Assembly: GCA_964404625.1 (NCBI GenBank)
Contig: CAYOKR010000001.1
Coordinates: 1-55,639, forward strand
DNA: 55,639 bases
Direction: 5' to 3'
Origin: an uncultured Oscillospiraceae bacterium
GTDB taxonomy: Bacteria > Bacillota > Clostridia > Christensenellales > CAG-314
A model generated the notes under the pieces. That model was not told where the DNA came from. It did not search any database and was given only the letters and a program-made list of their open reading frames with translations. Position numbers and translations under genes: made by a program. Below, one piece after another: positions 45,440 through 54,872 of this stretch (within the stretch, counting starts at the first letter, position 1; every line of letters begins with the position of its first letter).

Positions 45440-45874
45440 ATGACAACTTATAGACAAATGCAAAAAGACGATATTCAAAGGATAATTCCGTTGTTTATCG
45501 AATATTGGAACGGTATGGGTGACGAGTGGACGCCGGAATTGGTGTATCGTAGAGTTTGGCAAGTTTTAGGCTCTCCCGACTCTTACTGTATGATTGCTGA
45601 AAATGAAGAAAAAGTTATTGGTTTTGCTATGGGGCAAATGGAAACTTTTTTCGATCTTACTGCCTATAATCTTAATGAAGTTATTGTTGCAACCGAATAT
45701 CAAAACCAAGGTTTTGGTACGCAAATAATAACAGAACTGGAAAATCGTGTTAAGCAACTTGGCGCGAGTATGATTCAATTAAAATCCGTCAACGACGATT
45801 TGCACGAGCATTTTTATGGAAAACTTGGTTACAATGACGCGAGTAATCTAAAATTGAAATCAAAGTTTTTGTAA
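45440..45874 (+). CDS. GNAT family N-acetyltransferase
   Basis: 144 aa. VATEYQNQGFGTQII acetyl-CoA binding motif (Q/RxxGxG). Confidence 0.8.
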   Translation: MTTYRQMQKDDIQRIIPLFIEYWNGMGDEWTPELVYRRVWQVLGSPDSYCMIAENEEKVIGFAMGQMETFFDLTAYNLNEVIVATEYQNQGFGTQIITELENRVKQLGASMIQLKSVNDDLHEHFYGKLGYNDASNLKLKSKFL

Positions 45875-46191
45875 GATTTGCTATCAATTTTTGCGCTAAA
45901 TGTTAAAGTGTAGACTTAATTTATGTAAAAACGCAATTAGCCTATGTAACTCTTTTGACTGATTGTGATAAGTTGTAAGTGTCAGTTGTTTTGCATTTTA
46001 ATAGATTGCAAAATTAATTTTAGTAGTTGGTATATTCTGTTGGAAATGAATTAATGACGTCTTGAAAGTTAATCTATAATGGAATATATCTCACTTACTA
46101 TTGAACGATTTTTATAAAAATAATTGTATCTTGTACGCTGTATTAATTACAGCAAATGGTGAAAATAATAAATTAAATATGGAGGTTTGTA

Positions 46192-46977
46192 ATGGAAAAA
46201 CTACGCAATAAAAAAGGTTTTATATGCGATATGGATGGCGTTATCTATCACGGCGATAAACTTTTGCCTGGTGTGAAAGAATTTGTCGATTGGTTGCGTG
46301 ATAACGATAAGGCGTTTTTGTTCTTGACAAATAACAGTCAAAAATCTCCCAAAGAGTTGGCTCAAAAACTTGCTCGCATGGGTTTGGATGTGGGTGAACA
46401 TCATTTTTATACCGCGGCAATGGCAACGGCAAGTTTCTTGCAAAGCCAAGGTGCGAAATCTGCGTATGTTATCGGCGATGCGGGGTTGACGAATGCTCTT
46501 TATCAAGTTGGAATTGCTCTAAACGATATTGATCCGGAATACGTTGTTATTGGTGAAACGCAAAACTACAATTTTGAAAACATCAAAAAGGCAACTGTTT
46601 TGGTAAACAATGGTGCAAAACTTATCGGTACCAACGCAGATATTACAACGCCTACCGAACATGGCGAAGTACCTGCATGCAAAGCGCTTGTTGCTCCTGT
46701 GGAATACGCAACCAACCGTAAGGCATACTACGTTGGTAAACCTAATCCACTTATGATGCGTGCCGCTATGCATTCTTTCCACGAACGTGGAATTCACTCT
46801 CCCGAAGTTGCTATGATTGGCGACCGTATGGACACCGATATTGTCGGCGCTATCGAAAGTGGTATCGATCCGATTCTTGTTTTGAGTGGCGTTTCCACGA
46901 TGGAAATCGTCGCAAAATATCCCTACCAACCACGCCTTATTTTGAATGGAGTAGGGGATATCGCAAAGAAAGATTAA
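46192..46977 (+). CDS. HAD-IIA family hydrolase (NagD-like sugar phosphatase)
   Basis: FICDMDGVIYHG motif I, FLTNNS motif II, GKPNP and GDRMDTDI motifs; SD GGAGG. Confidence 0.88.
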   Translation: MEKLRNKKGFICDMDGVIYHGDKLLPGVKEFVDWLRDNDKAFLFLTNNSQKSPKELAQKLARMGLDVGEHHFYTAAMATASFLQSQGAKSAYVIGDAGLTNALYQVGIALNDIDPEYVVIGETQNYNFENIKKATVLVNNGAKLIGTNADITTPTEHGEVPACKALVAPVEYATNRKAYYVGKPNPLMMRAAMHSFHERGIHSPEVAMIGDRMDTDIVGAIESGIDPILVLSGVSTMEIVAKYPYQPRLILNGVGDIAKKD

Positions 46978-47406
46978 TACGTAAGTATGAAAATATTTGT
47001 TTTCAAAAAGTTAATCTGCTATGATAAATGAAAATTATGGTGCTGGAAAATACAAATTGTTTTCGATATTTTCTAAGTAGTCGTAAAAACAATCAAGTAG
47101 ATAAAATACGATAGCAATTATAAAAATTGAATTTTTTGATATGTCTTGAAAATGGTTCAAGGCGTATTTTTTTTGTTTTACGCTAAAGTGGAAATTGTAT
47201 TTAACGTTGTGGGGTAATTTACTTTTTTTATAAAAATGAATATGACCGGAATTGTATTGAGATAGCATTGGGTTATTATAATTTTCTTTGTGCTATATTT
47301 TACTCAAATAACTATATTCTTTTGTTGTTTTTCGTATTACAATGATTATAAATGGCGTTTCATATACTACTATTACAAACATAATATGTTATTTTAATTA
47401 AATTTC

Positions 47407-47435
47407 GTATAAAAATCATTAAAATTCACAATCTA
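47407..47435 (+). promoter_or_regulatory. sigma-F/G-like promoter candidate (weak)
   Basis: GTATA 47407-47411, 17 nt, CAATCTA 47429-47435. ATG 47442 follows after 6 nt with no SD. This could be chance in AT-rich DNA. Confidence 0.25.
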
Positions 47436-47441
47436 AAGTTA

Positions 47442-47957
47442 ATGATAGTTGCAACTGCAATGCTAATATTTTTGCTGCTGATTTTTGCTCCAATACCATT
47501 TGTGATGCGCGGACGGTATATCTTTGGTGAAGTAGACGTCCAACTAAAAGTATGCGTTTGTGGTCTACTTCTTGCAAAAGAACGAGTTTTTGTTAACGGC
47601 AATGGTGTTGGTTATCAAGGAACGGTAGACGGCTATTTGCAAACTGACGAAGATTCTAAACAAAGCGGAATTGATGTTGTAAAAAGCATTTGTTTACACA
47701 AAGTATTGTTGTGTTTACGACAAGATTTTTCCAAGCTTAACGTTAATTTGTTTTTAGTGCAAAAAGCAATATTTTCGATCCTTAGTCAAATTGTTTGTAG
47801 TTTTACTAATTGTCAATTTGCGTGTGTTAGTAACAATTTTAGTGACGTTAGCGATTTTCAAATTTTTGCAAAAGCAACTATTAGTGTTGCAGAACTATCA
47901 TTTTGTTTTATCAAACAAGGAGCGCGAAAATGCAAACACAAATTACAGAAATCGTAG
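47442..47957 (+). CDS. YtfI-like (DUF2953-like) sporulation membrane-anchored protein
   Basis: N-terminal TM helix. Lies immediately upstream of and overlapping ytfJ, as ytfI does in B. subtilis. Assigned by context. Confidence 0.55.
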   Translation: MIVATAMLIFLLLIFAPIPFVMRGRYIFGEVDVQLKVCVCGLLLAKERVFVNGNGVGYQGTVDGYLQTDEDSKQSGIDVVKSICLHKVLLCLRQDFSKLNVNLFLVQKAIFSILSQIVCSFTNCQFACVSNNFSDVSDFQIFAKATISVAELSFCFIKQGARKCKHKLQKS

Positions 47958-48298
47958 AAAATGCAATATCGAATCTTACCAAGGCGGCGGAAATCAACAC
48001 GATAATCGGCAAGCCTATTGTTACCTATGACGGAACAACAATTTTACCAATATCGCAAATTACATTTGCTTTTATGGCCGGTGGAGGCGAATATGGTAAC
48101 AAAAACGTCGTAAAGTCTTTTGCTAAAAACGGTATTGATAACAATTTTGCAGGTGGTTCGGGCGGCGGCGCAACAATGAAACCTGTCGGCTTTTTGGTTA
48201 TCAATAAGGACAGCGTAAACATGGTTACTGCGGAAAATGAATCTACTTTTGATAAGATTATCGATGTTGTAAAGGACTTTACCAAACAATCTAACTGA
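47930..48298 (+). CDS. ytfJ: sporulation protein YtfJ (GerW family)
   Basis: ATG 47930 after AGGAG. IIGKPIV..DGTTILPISQITFAFMAGGGEYG....GGSGGGATMKPVGFLVI is typical of the family. Confidence 0.85.
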   Translation: MQTQITEIVENAISNLTKAAEINTIIGKPIVTYDGTTILPISQITFAFMAGGGEYGNKNVVKSFAKNGIDNNFAGGSGGGATMKPVGFLVINKDSVNMVTAENESTFDKIIDVVKDFTKQSN

Positions 48299-48299
48299 T

Positions 48300-49628
48300 A
48301 TGAAGCGTACTTGTATAATTCTTTGCGTTTGTCTCTTATTGCTTGCGGCGTTTACCGTGATTTTTTTATCGAATCAGCGCTCGGCTGTATTTACTTTTAG
48401 TAAGGACGCATTTGAATCGCCCATTTGTAATAATCATTTTACATTGATGACGGGTAATAAGCAAGTTTTTGTCAATTTTCAACCACATGTTGTGGAACAA
48501 AACGACCGTTTGTTAAGTTTTACTCAAAACCCATCGAAAAGCAATACGTTAACTACTTGTAAACAAAACGTATGCGTAAGTAATTGTTTATTTGCTTTCG
48601 AGAAAAATGCAGCTACCAACAATTATCTGCCGAGTTATTTCCAAAGTGATACTTCTAACTCTACTTTGCAAACGGCTGTTGTGCAAAACTTCCAAACGAC
48701 TGCCAAGGGATGTATTGTTATGGAGCGCAATTCCGGTAGGGTATTGTTTGAACATAATGCCGACGAGCATTTACCAATGGCGAGTACAACAAAAATCGTA
48801 ACCGCGCTAACTGTTATAAACAACAGCAACTTGGATGACCTTGTTGTAATCCCGCGACAAGCGTGCGGTATTGAAGGCTCGTCGGTATATCTTCGTGAGG
48901 GTGAAAAACTAACAGTGCGCCAGTTGTTGTATGCTCTTATGTTACGAAGTGGAAACGATTGTGCTGTTGCTTTGGCGTTGCACGTTGGCGGTAGTGTGGA
49001 AAATTTTGCGCAAATGATGAATGAAACTGCACGTTCTCTTGGTTGTAATGATTGTAATTTTGTTAATCCCCATGGGTTGCATGACGAAAAACACTATACA
49101 AGCGCTCGAAATTTGGCGATAATCACCTGTAAAGCATTACAAAATGACGATTTTGCGCAAATTGTGTCAACTAAGAGTATTAAAATACCCAATGACGGCT
49201 ACGACTATCCACGTGTTTTATCTAACAAAAACAAACTGCTTTTCAATTTTGACGATGCCGACGGTGTCAAAACCGGTTATACCAAAAACGCTGGGCGTTG
49301 TTTTGTGGGGAGTGCCACACGAAACGATATGCAAGTGGTGGTAGTTTTGTTGAATTGTGCTCCAATGTTCGAAGAAACAGCACAGATGCTTGACGTGGCA
49401 TTTTCTAACTACAAAAACGTTTGCGTTGTCCCACAAAATAAACTTTGTGGTGTAGTTTACAAAAGGGGTAAACCAATTTATTATTGTTGTAATGATTCGT
49501 TTTGCTATCCTGTGGCCGATGACGAAAAACTTACGCGCAAAATTGTAATTGAAGATAATGTTCAACACATTGAAATCTATTTAAACGATGAATTGATAAA
49601 AACTTTGCCGTTGACTGCTATGCAATAA
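48300..49628 (+). CDS. D-alanyl-D-alanine carboxypeptidase (S11), DacB-like, with long N-terminal extension
   Basis: Signal anchor, about 110 aa of unassigned sequence, then ASTTKIV (SxxK), SGND (SxN) and KTGYT. Downstream of scpAB as B. subtilis dacB is. Confidence 0.88.
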   Translation: MKRTCIILCVCLLLLAAFTVIFLSNQRSAVFTFSKDAFESPICNNHFTLMTGNKQVFVNFQPHVVEQNDRLLSFTQNPSKSNTLTTCKQNVCVSNCLFAFEKNAATNNYLPSYFQSDTSNSTLQTAVVQNFQTTAKGCIVMERNSGRVLFEHNADEHLPMASTTKIVTALTVINNSNLDDLVVIPRQACGIEGSSVYLREGEKLTVRQLLYALMLRSGNDCAVALALHVGGSVENFAQMMNETARSLGCNDCNFVNPHGLHDEKHYTSARNLAIITCKALQNDDFAQIVSTKSIKIPNDGYDYPRVLSNKNKLLFNFDDADGVKTGYTKNAGRCFVGSATRNDMQVVVVLLNCAPMFEETAQMLDVAFSNYKNVCVVPQNKLCGVVYKRGKPIYYCCNDSFCYPVADDEKLTRKIVIEDNVQHIEIYLNDELIKTLPLTAMQ

Positions 49629-49656
49629 TGGTGGGATTTGAATTTAAGATTATAGT

Positions 49657-49686
49657 AAAGGTTTGACTACACTTTGTCGAACCTTT
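49657..49686 (+). terminator. rho-independent terminator
   Basis: aaaggtttgac / gtcgaaccttt 11-bp stem (one G-U pair), followed by a T-rich tail. Confidence 0.55.
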
Positions 49687-49998
49687 ATTTGTGTTTTGTA
49701 CCTAGGCTTTTATTGGTATTTTTTTTAGTACGTTTTTTTTTGTGGATGTGATTATTGAAAATAACTAAAGAAAAAATTGTTTTGTTGTTTGGCGATATTT
49801 GATAAAGATAGATGTAAATTTTGTAATGAATAAAAATTGTAAAATTGCAATAATTAACCGGTTAAGAGTTCCGTCTTTTGGTTTGTGTCTAACCGCCATA
49901 TTATGTAAGTTTGTGGACTAATAATTATATAAAACGTTGTATTTATGGGAAATTTGTGATAAAATCTATGTAAATTAGTTGTTGTAGGAGCATTTGTT

Positions 49999-50469
49999 AT
50001 GATTGAGTTAGTTGACGTCAAAAAGGAAGATAGAGAACTGTTTTGGAATATTCATCAAAAGTATCTTTACGAAATGACAAATTACTATGATGACGTTATG
50101 GATCAAAAAGGCAATTATCAATACGGATACTTCGATTTGTATTTTACTGAAGAACAAAGAAAAGCCTATTTTATCTACGTTGATAAAAAATTGGTTGGTT
50201 TTGTTATGATAAATCCATATTCGTATATCGACGAACATCCGGATTACGTTATGGCTGAATTTACAGTTTTTCCGTCCTATCGTCAAAACCATATTGCTAC
50301 AAAAGTTGCAGAAAAAATTTTTAATCAATACGGGGGTAGTTGGGAAGTTAAATACAACGAACGAAATATTCCTGCAAAATGTTTATGGAACAAGGTCTGT
50401 GCGAAGTATTGTCCGCAGAAAACGTCCCTTAATTCATTTGAAACCGTTTTGTCGTTTTCGACAAAGTGA
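49999..50469 (+). CDS. GNAT-fold acetyltransferase (predicted)
   Basis: 156 aa. Pattern LVGFVMINPY...AEFTVFPSYRQNHIATKVAEKIF resembles the GNAT beta4-alpha3 region. SD AGGAG. Confidence 0.6.
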   Translation: MIELVDVKKEDRELFWNIHQKYLYEMTNYYDDVMDQKGNYQYGYFDLYFTEEQRKAYFIYVDKKLVGFVMINPYSYIDEHPDYVMAEFTVFPSYRQNHIATKVAEKIFNQYGGSWEVKYNERNIPAKCLWNKVCAKYCPQKTSLNSFETVLSFSTK

Positions 50470-50761
50470 TATTGTCGACGTATAGTTGCCTACATTTTCT
50501 GTTTTTCGGTCGTGTGGCCTGTGATATTAACCGTGATAAACGGACTTGATATTTAAGATTAACAAAATAAATTTTGCTTGCTATAAGATCCTCACAAGTT
50601 TGAAAAATTCAATTTTGTAAGAAATGTGATAAGCGTACAATATGACTAAAAAATTAAACTAACAATCTTCATTTGCGGATAGTATATCAATGTTATTGTA
50701 TTTAAAACTAAACCTTGTGGATAGTGCAATAATCATGTAACAATCAATCGAGTGCAAGCAC

Positions 50762-50790
50762 TTGCTATTTTTGACAAAAAATGCTACAAT
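50762..50790 (+). promoter_or_regulatory. sigma-A type promoter (rluB operon)
   Basis: TTGCTA 50762-50767, 17-nt spacer, TGcTACAAT (TACAAT 50785-50790). Confidence 0.55.
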
Positions 50791-50869
50791 CAAAGTAGTA
50801 TTTTTTTAATGGGTATTTTGGTTTGTTTTAAATTGTAAGTGGCAGACCACTCCCAAAAGGATTATTCTA

Positions 50870-51571
50870 ATGAGATTGAATAAATATTTAGCAGATTGCG
50901 GTGTCGGTAGCCGTCGTGCTTGTGATAAACTTATCGAAGAAGGCAAAGTAAAGGTTAACGACAAAGTTGCAAGCGTAACTACTCAAGTGGAAGATGGCGA
51001 CAAAGTGTCGGTAAACGGTAAGCGTGTCGGTACGGGTAAAAAGTTAACGTATTTGATGTTGCACAAACCAAAGGGATGTGTAACTACCGTCACCGATGAT
51101 CTTGGTAGAAAAACTGTTATGGATTTTGTTCAAGATATTCACAGTCGTGTTTATCCAGTGGGACGTCTTGACTACGATACTGAAGGTTTACTGTTGCTTA
51201 CCAACGACGGCGATTTGGCAAATAAACTCACTCATCCAAGTAACGAAGTTCCCAAAACCTACGTTGCTCGCATTTCCGGAGAGTTATCACAAGCGGATGT
51301 TCGTCAGTTGGAAGCGGGTGTAATAGTGGACGGTAGGTCTACAGCCCCCGCCGTTGTAAAGGTTTTGCAGGGCGACGTGCATCATACTCGCGTAGAAATA
51401 ACCATTCACGAAGGCAGAAACAGACAAGTCAAAAAGATGTTTGAAGCAGTTGGCAAAGAAGTGGAATTTTTGAAGCGTGTTGCCGTTGGCGAATTGCATC
51501 TTGGCGGTTTGCAACGTGGAAAATATCGTTTTTTGACGGAAAAAGAAATAAATTATCTAAAAAATTTGTAA
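50870..51571 (+). CDS. rluB: 23S rRNA pseudouridine synthase B (RsuA/RluB family)
   Basis: S4 domain MRLNKYLADCGVGSRR and the catalytic GRLDYDTEGLLLLTNDG motif. Confidence 0.9.
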   Translation: MRLNKYLADCGVGSRRACDKLIEEGKVKVNDKVASVTTQVEDGDKVSVNGKRVGTGKKLTYLMLHKPKGCVTTVTDDLGRKTVMDFVQDIHSRVYPVGRLDYDTEGLLLLTNDGDLANKLTHPSNEVPKTYVARISGELSQADVRQLEAGVIVDGRSTAPAVVKVLQGDVHHTRVEITIHEGRNRQVKKMFEAVGKEVEFLKRVAVGELHLGGLQRGKYRFLTEKEINYLKNL

Positions 51572-51572
51572 T

Positions 51573-52313
51573 ATGAATATTTTACTTACAAACGACGATG
51601 GATACTTGAGTAGTGGTTTGATGCTTCTTACGGAGAAACTTTCAGCCTTGGGGCATAGCGTGTATGTTGTTGCGCCCGATGGTAATCGTTCTGCATGCTC
51701 TCACTCCGTTAATTTTTACAAAAAATTGCTTATACAAAAACTTGATAGTTACTGTGGCGCGGTATGTGCTTACATTTGCGAAGGTTCACCTGCCGATTGT
51801 GTAAAGTATGCTACAAGTTGCTTAAACGTTAAGTTCGATTTGCTTATTTCAGGACCAAACAATGGCGATAATTACGGTGATTCGGCTATGTGTTCCGGAA
51901 CGGTCGCGGCTGCTGAAGAAGGGGTTGCGTGCGGTATCAACAGCATTGCTATTTCCCGCTCCGGCTACAACGTTGCTTTTAGTTCAGCAGTAGAATACGT
52001 TTGCCAAAATCTGCAAAGCCTTGCACAAATTGATATTCCATACACTTTGCTTAACATCAACGTGCCTAATTTGCCGTTGTGTGATATCAAAGGCGTGCGC
52101 GTAACTCGTCAATGTATGAAATCAAATTGGAATGACTATTTCGAGCCGACGGACGATCCGCAACGCTGGTTCCACACCGGTGATAGGGTAAAAATCGAAG
52201 GCGAAATAAACGACGTTACGCTTTGCGACGATGGTTATATCGTGATTGTTCCATTGACATTGGAGCGTACCAACTATTCGGCGATTGAAAAACTAAAGGG
52301 GTTGGAACAATGA
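51573..52313 (+). CDS. surE: 5'/3'-nucleotidase SurE
   Basis: MNILLTNDDG, SGPNNG and SGTVAAA motifs. Confidence 0.92.
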   Translation: MNILLTNDDGYLSSGLMLLTEKLSALGHSVYVVAPDGNRSACSHSVNFYKKLLIQKLDSYCGAVCAYICEGSPADCVKYATSCLNVKFDLLISGPNNGDNYGDSAMCSGTVAAAEEGVACGINSIAISRSGYNVAFSSAVEYVCQNLQSLAQIDIPYTLLNINVPNLPLCDIKGVRVTRQCMKSNWNDYFEPTDDPQRWFHTGDRVKIEGEINDVTLCDDGYIVIVPLTLERTNYSAIEKLKGLEQ

Positions 52314-53533
52314 AAATAGCCGTTATTGGCGGTGGACCTGCAGGGATGATGTCGGCGATAGTTGCTGCGGAAAATGGCGCGGACGTAACGTTGTTTGACC
52401 GAAACGAAAAGACTGGCAAAAAAATGTACATTACTGGTAAAGGTAGGTGTAATCTAACTAACGATTGTTCCGTGCGCGATTTTGTTGCCAACGTTGTTAC
52501 TAATCCCAAATTTATTTTGGGAGCGCTCAACAAATTTACACCACAAGATACAATGGACTTTTGCCAAAGTAACGGATTGCAACTCAAGGTAGAACGTGGC
52601 AATCGTGTATTTCCTGCAAGTGATAAGTCAAGTGACGTTATAAAACTGTTTACTCAAAAACTTTTGCGAAATGGTGTAAAATTGTGTCTAAACGAGCAAA
52701 TTTTGTCCGTAGAATATCGAGAAAACACCTTTTTATTAACTACTATTACAGACATATTATCTTTTGATAGGGTAATTATTGCTACCGGTGGCAAAAGTTA
52801 CAGTGCGACGGGTAGTTACGGAGACGGTTACAAATTTGCAAAATCGCTTGGACACGACGTCTTACCCTTGCGACCTGCATTATGTCGTATTTTGTGCGAT
52901 GATTGTAAAATATTGGAAGGCTTGACTCTAAAAAACGTACAAGCGTCGTTAGTGGATGCTAATGGTAAAACGCTTGCAAGTGAGTTTGGTGAAATGCTTT
53001 TTACCGACAACGGCGTTAGCGGTCCGGCTATTTTGAGTTTATCTTCGCGTATCAATAAATTGAATTTGAACGGTACAAAAATTGCTATTGATTTGAAGCC
53101 TGCATTGGACTATGAAAAACTTGATAGTCGCATTTTGCGTGATTTTTCCGAAAGAATGAACAAGGATTTTGTCAATGCATTGGAGCAACTACTTCCCGAA
53201 AGATTGCGTATGTTTGTAGCGCAAAAATCCGGGATCCCCTTTTATAAAAAGGTAAATCAAATAACGGTGCAGGAGCGTTTGCATCTTGTGGAAACGTTAA
53301 AGTGCTTAACTTTTTCCAACGTCAAACTGGACGATATTGAATTTGGTATTGTTACAAGTGGAGGCGTGGATGTAAAAGAAGTTTCTCCGTCCACAATGGA
53401 AAGTAAAATAGTTAGCGGACTATATTTTGCAGGTGAAGTATTAGACGTAGATGCATTGACGGGCGGCTTTAATATTCAAATTGCCATTTCTACCGGGTTT
53501 GTTGCCGGTACGAATGCGTCAAAGGAGTGGTGA
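52310..53533 (+). CDS. FAD-dependent oxidoreductase, HI0933/YhiN (BaiN-like) family
   Basis: IAVIGGGPAGMM dinucleotide motif, ITGKGRCNLTN and IATGGKSY motifs; 407 aa. Confidence 0.88.
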   Translation: MKIAVIGGGPAGMMSAIVAAENGADVTLFDRNEKTGKKMYITGKGRCNLTNDCSVRDFVANVVTNPKFILGALNKFTPQDTMDFCQSNGLQLKVERGNRVFPASDKSSDVIKLFTQKLLRNGVKLCLNEQILSVEYRENTFLLTTITDILSFDRVIIATGGKSYSATGSYGDGYKFAKSLGHDVLPLRPALCRILCDDCKILEGLTLKNVQASLVDANGKTLASEFGEMLFTDNGVSGPAILSLSSRINKLNLNGTKIAIDLKPALDYEKLDSRILRDFSERMNKDFVNALEQLLPERLRMFVAQKSGIPFYKKVNQITVQERLHLVETLKCLTFSNVKLDDIEFGIVTSGGVDVKEVSPSTMESKIVSGLYFAGEVLDVDALTGGFNIQIAISTGFVAGTNASKEW

Positions 53534-53534
53534 T

Positions 53535-53888
53535 ATGGCTTGGATTAGAGGTGCCATTTGTGTCGAAAACACAGTAGAAAGCATCAAAAAGCAAACACTA
53601 AAACTTTTTGATGAAATTGTGCGTGTTAACAATTTGATTGAGACTGACGTGGAAGCAGTGTTCTTTACCATAACGAAAGATATCGACGTGTGCTATCCTG
53701 CAAAGTTTCTGCGCGAAAGTTATCCGCAACTTAAAAACGTTGCTTTTATGTGCACGCAAGAAATGAATGTTGTGGACTCATTGCCCCAATGTATCCGCAT
53801 TTGTGTTGGTGTTACAGGGAAGAACCAAGCGAACGTTATACATTGTTATTTAGACGGGACGGAAAGTTTGCGACCTGATTTGCGATAG
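53535..53888 (+). CDS. aroH: chorismate mutase, AroH type
   Basis: ATG 53535 after AAGGAG. MAWIRGAICVENT..., FFTITKDID..YPAKFLRE and CIRICV parallel B. subtilis AroH (IRGIRGATTV..., FPAKAVRE, CIRVMM). Confidence 0.85.
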   Translation: MAWIRGAICVENTVESIKKQTLKLFDEIVRVNNLIETDVEAVFFTITKDIDVCYPAKFLRESYPQLKNVAFMCTQEMNVVDSLPQCIRICVGVTGKNQANVIHCYLDGTESLRPDLR

Positions 53889-53977
53889 TTGGACGGAGAA
53901 TTTTTGTAACCAATTTTTTACAATACTATTGTTGTCATAAGATTTTGCTTCGTATCATTTATCAATGGTGGTGTAAT

Positions 53978-54739
53978 ATGATTTTGCGATTTTTAGCAAG
54001 CATAGTTAAATATATTGTTCGTTTATTTTTTCCTTGCAAGGTATACGGCAATCATAAACGCGAAAAGAAAGCATGTCTGTATTTTGGCAATCATCTTTCC
54101 GGATGGGACTCCTTGCTGTTTTATATGTGGACGCGTGGCGAAATGCCCTGCATTTTGTATAAGAAAGAGTTAGAGAAAATTTGGCCGTTAAATTGGATTT
54201 TTCGCTGTTTTAGAGCTATTCCTGTCAAGCGTGGTGATGCCGATATTAACTCTGTAAAGATTACGTTGGAACGTCTTGACCAAGGGCACAACGTGTTTAT
54301 TCTTCCGGAAGGGCATCGTAACACGGCTCATAATAGTTTGCAACCATTTAGAAAGGGGGCGGCGCTTTACGCATTAAAATCTAAAGCCCCCATTCGTTTA
54401 TTTTACATTTGGGAAAAGACCAAGATGTTTCGTAAAAACTACATTATTATGGGTGACGAAATAACTCTCGACCAATTTTATGATAAGCCGATCACAAAAG
54501 CACTTTTGCAAGAAATAACCGACTATTTGTATACGGAAATTGATAAACTTCGCAAACAACTCAATGCCATTATGATTAAAAAAGGTAAAAATCACCGCAA
54601 ATATACAAAGAAAGAACTTCAATGCTTGCATAATGAATATGGTGATACCGCTGATAAAATGATTGCTAACACCTTTGTGTTGGATACTGACGATATAAAT
54701 AGTGCGAGTATACAACCCGTTGTCTTAGAAAAATTATAA
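53978..54739 (+). CDS. plsC: 1-acyl-sn-glycerol-3-phosphate acyltransferase family (PlsC-like)
   Basis: NHLSGWD (HxxxxD) and FILPEGHRN (PEG) motifs. Start set at ATG 53978. Confidence 0.8.
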   Translation: MILRFLASIVKYIVRLFFPCKVYGNHKREKKACLYFGNHLSGWDSLLFYMWTRGEMPCILYKKELEKIWPLNWIFRCFRAIPVKRGDADINSVKITLERLDQGHNVFILPEGHRNTAHNSLQPFRKGAALYALKSKAPIRLFYIWEKTKMFRKNYIIMGDEITLDQFYDKPITKALLQEITDYLYTEIDKLRKQLNAIMIKKGKNHRKYTKKELQCLHNEYGDTADKMIANTFVLDTDDINSASIQPVVLEKL

Positions 54740-54872
54740 TCCAAAATCGTGAGCTTTAAAATTTTGTGAGGCGACAAGTATCAAAGTGTAGTTGCAATCA
54801 AAAATTAACGTCGCAATTGTGGTAAACTATTGTAAAGAGAAAATAAGAAGATTTGCAACAAAAGGAAATTGA

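Noticed and set aside
47035-47268. 77-aa minus-strand ORF with one hydrophobic segment between the HAD-IIA gene and the ytfI-like gene
   Set aside because: It has no SD, promoter or terminator, and its Lys/Asn/Phe/Tyr composition is that of AT-rich spacer DNA. It cannot be supported as a gene from sequence alone.
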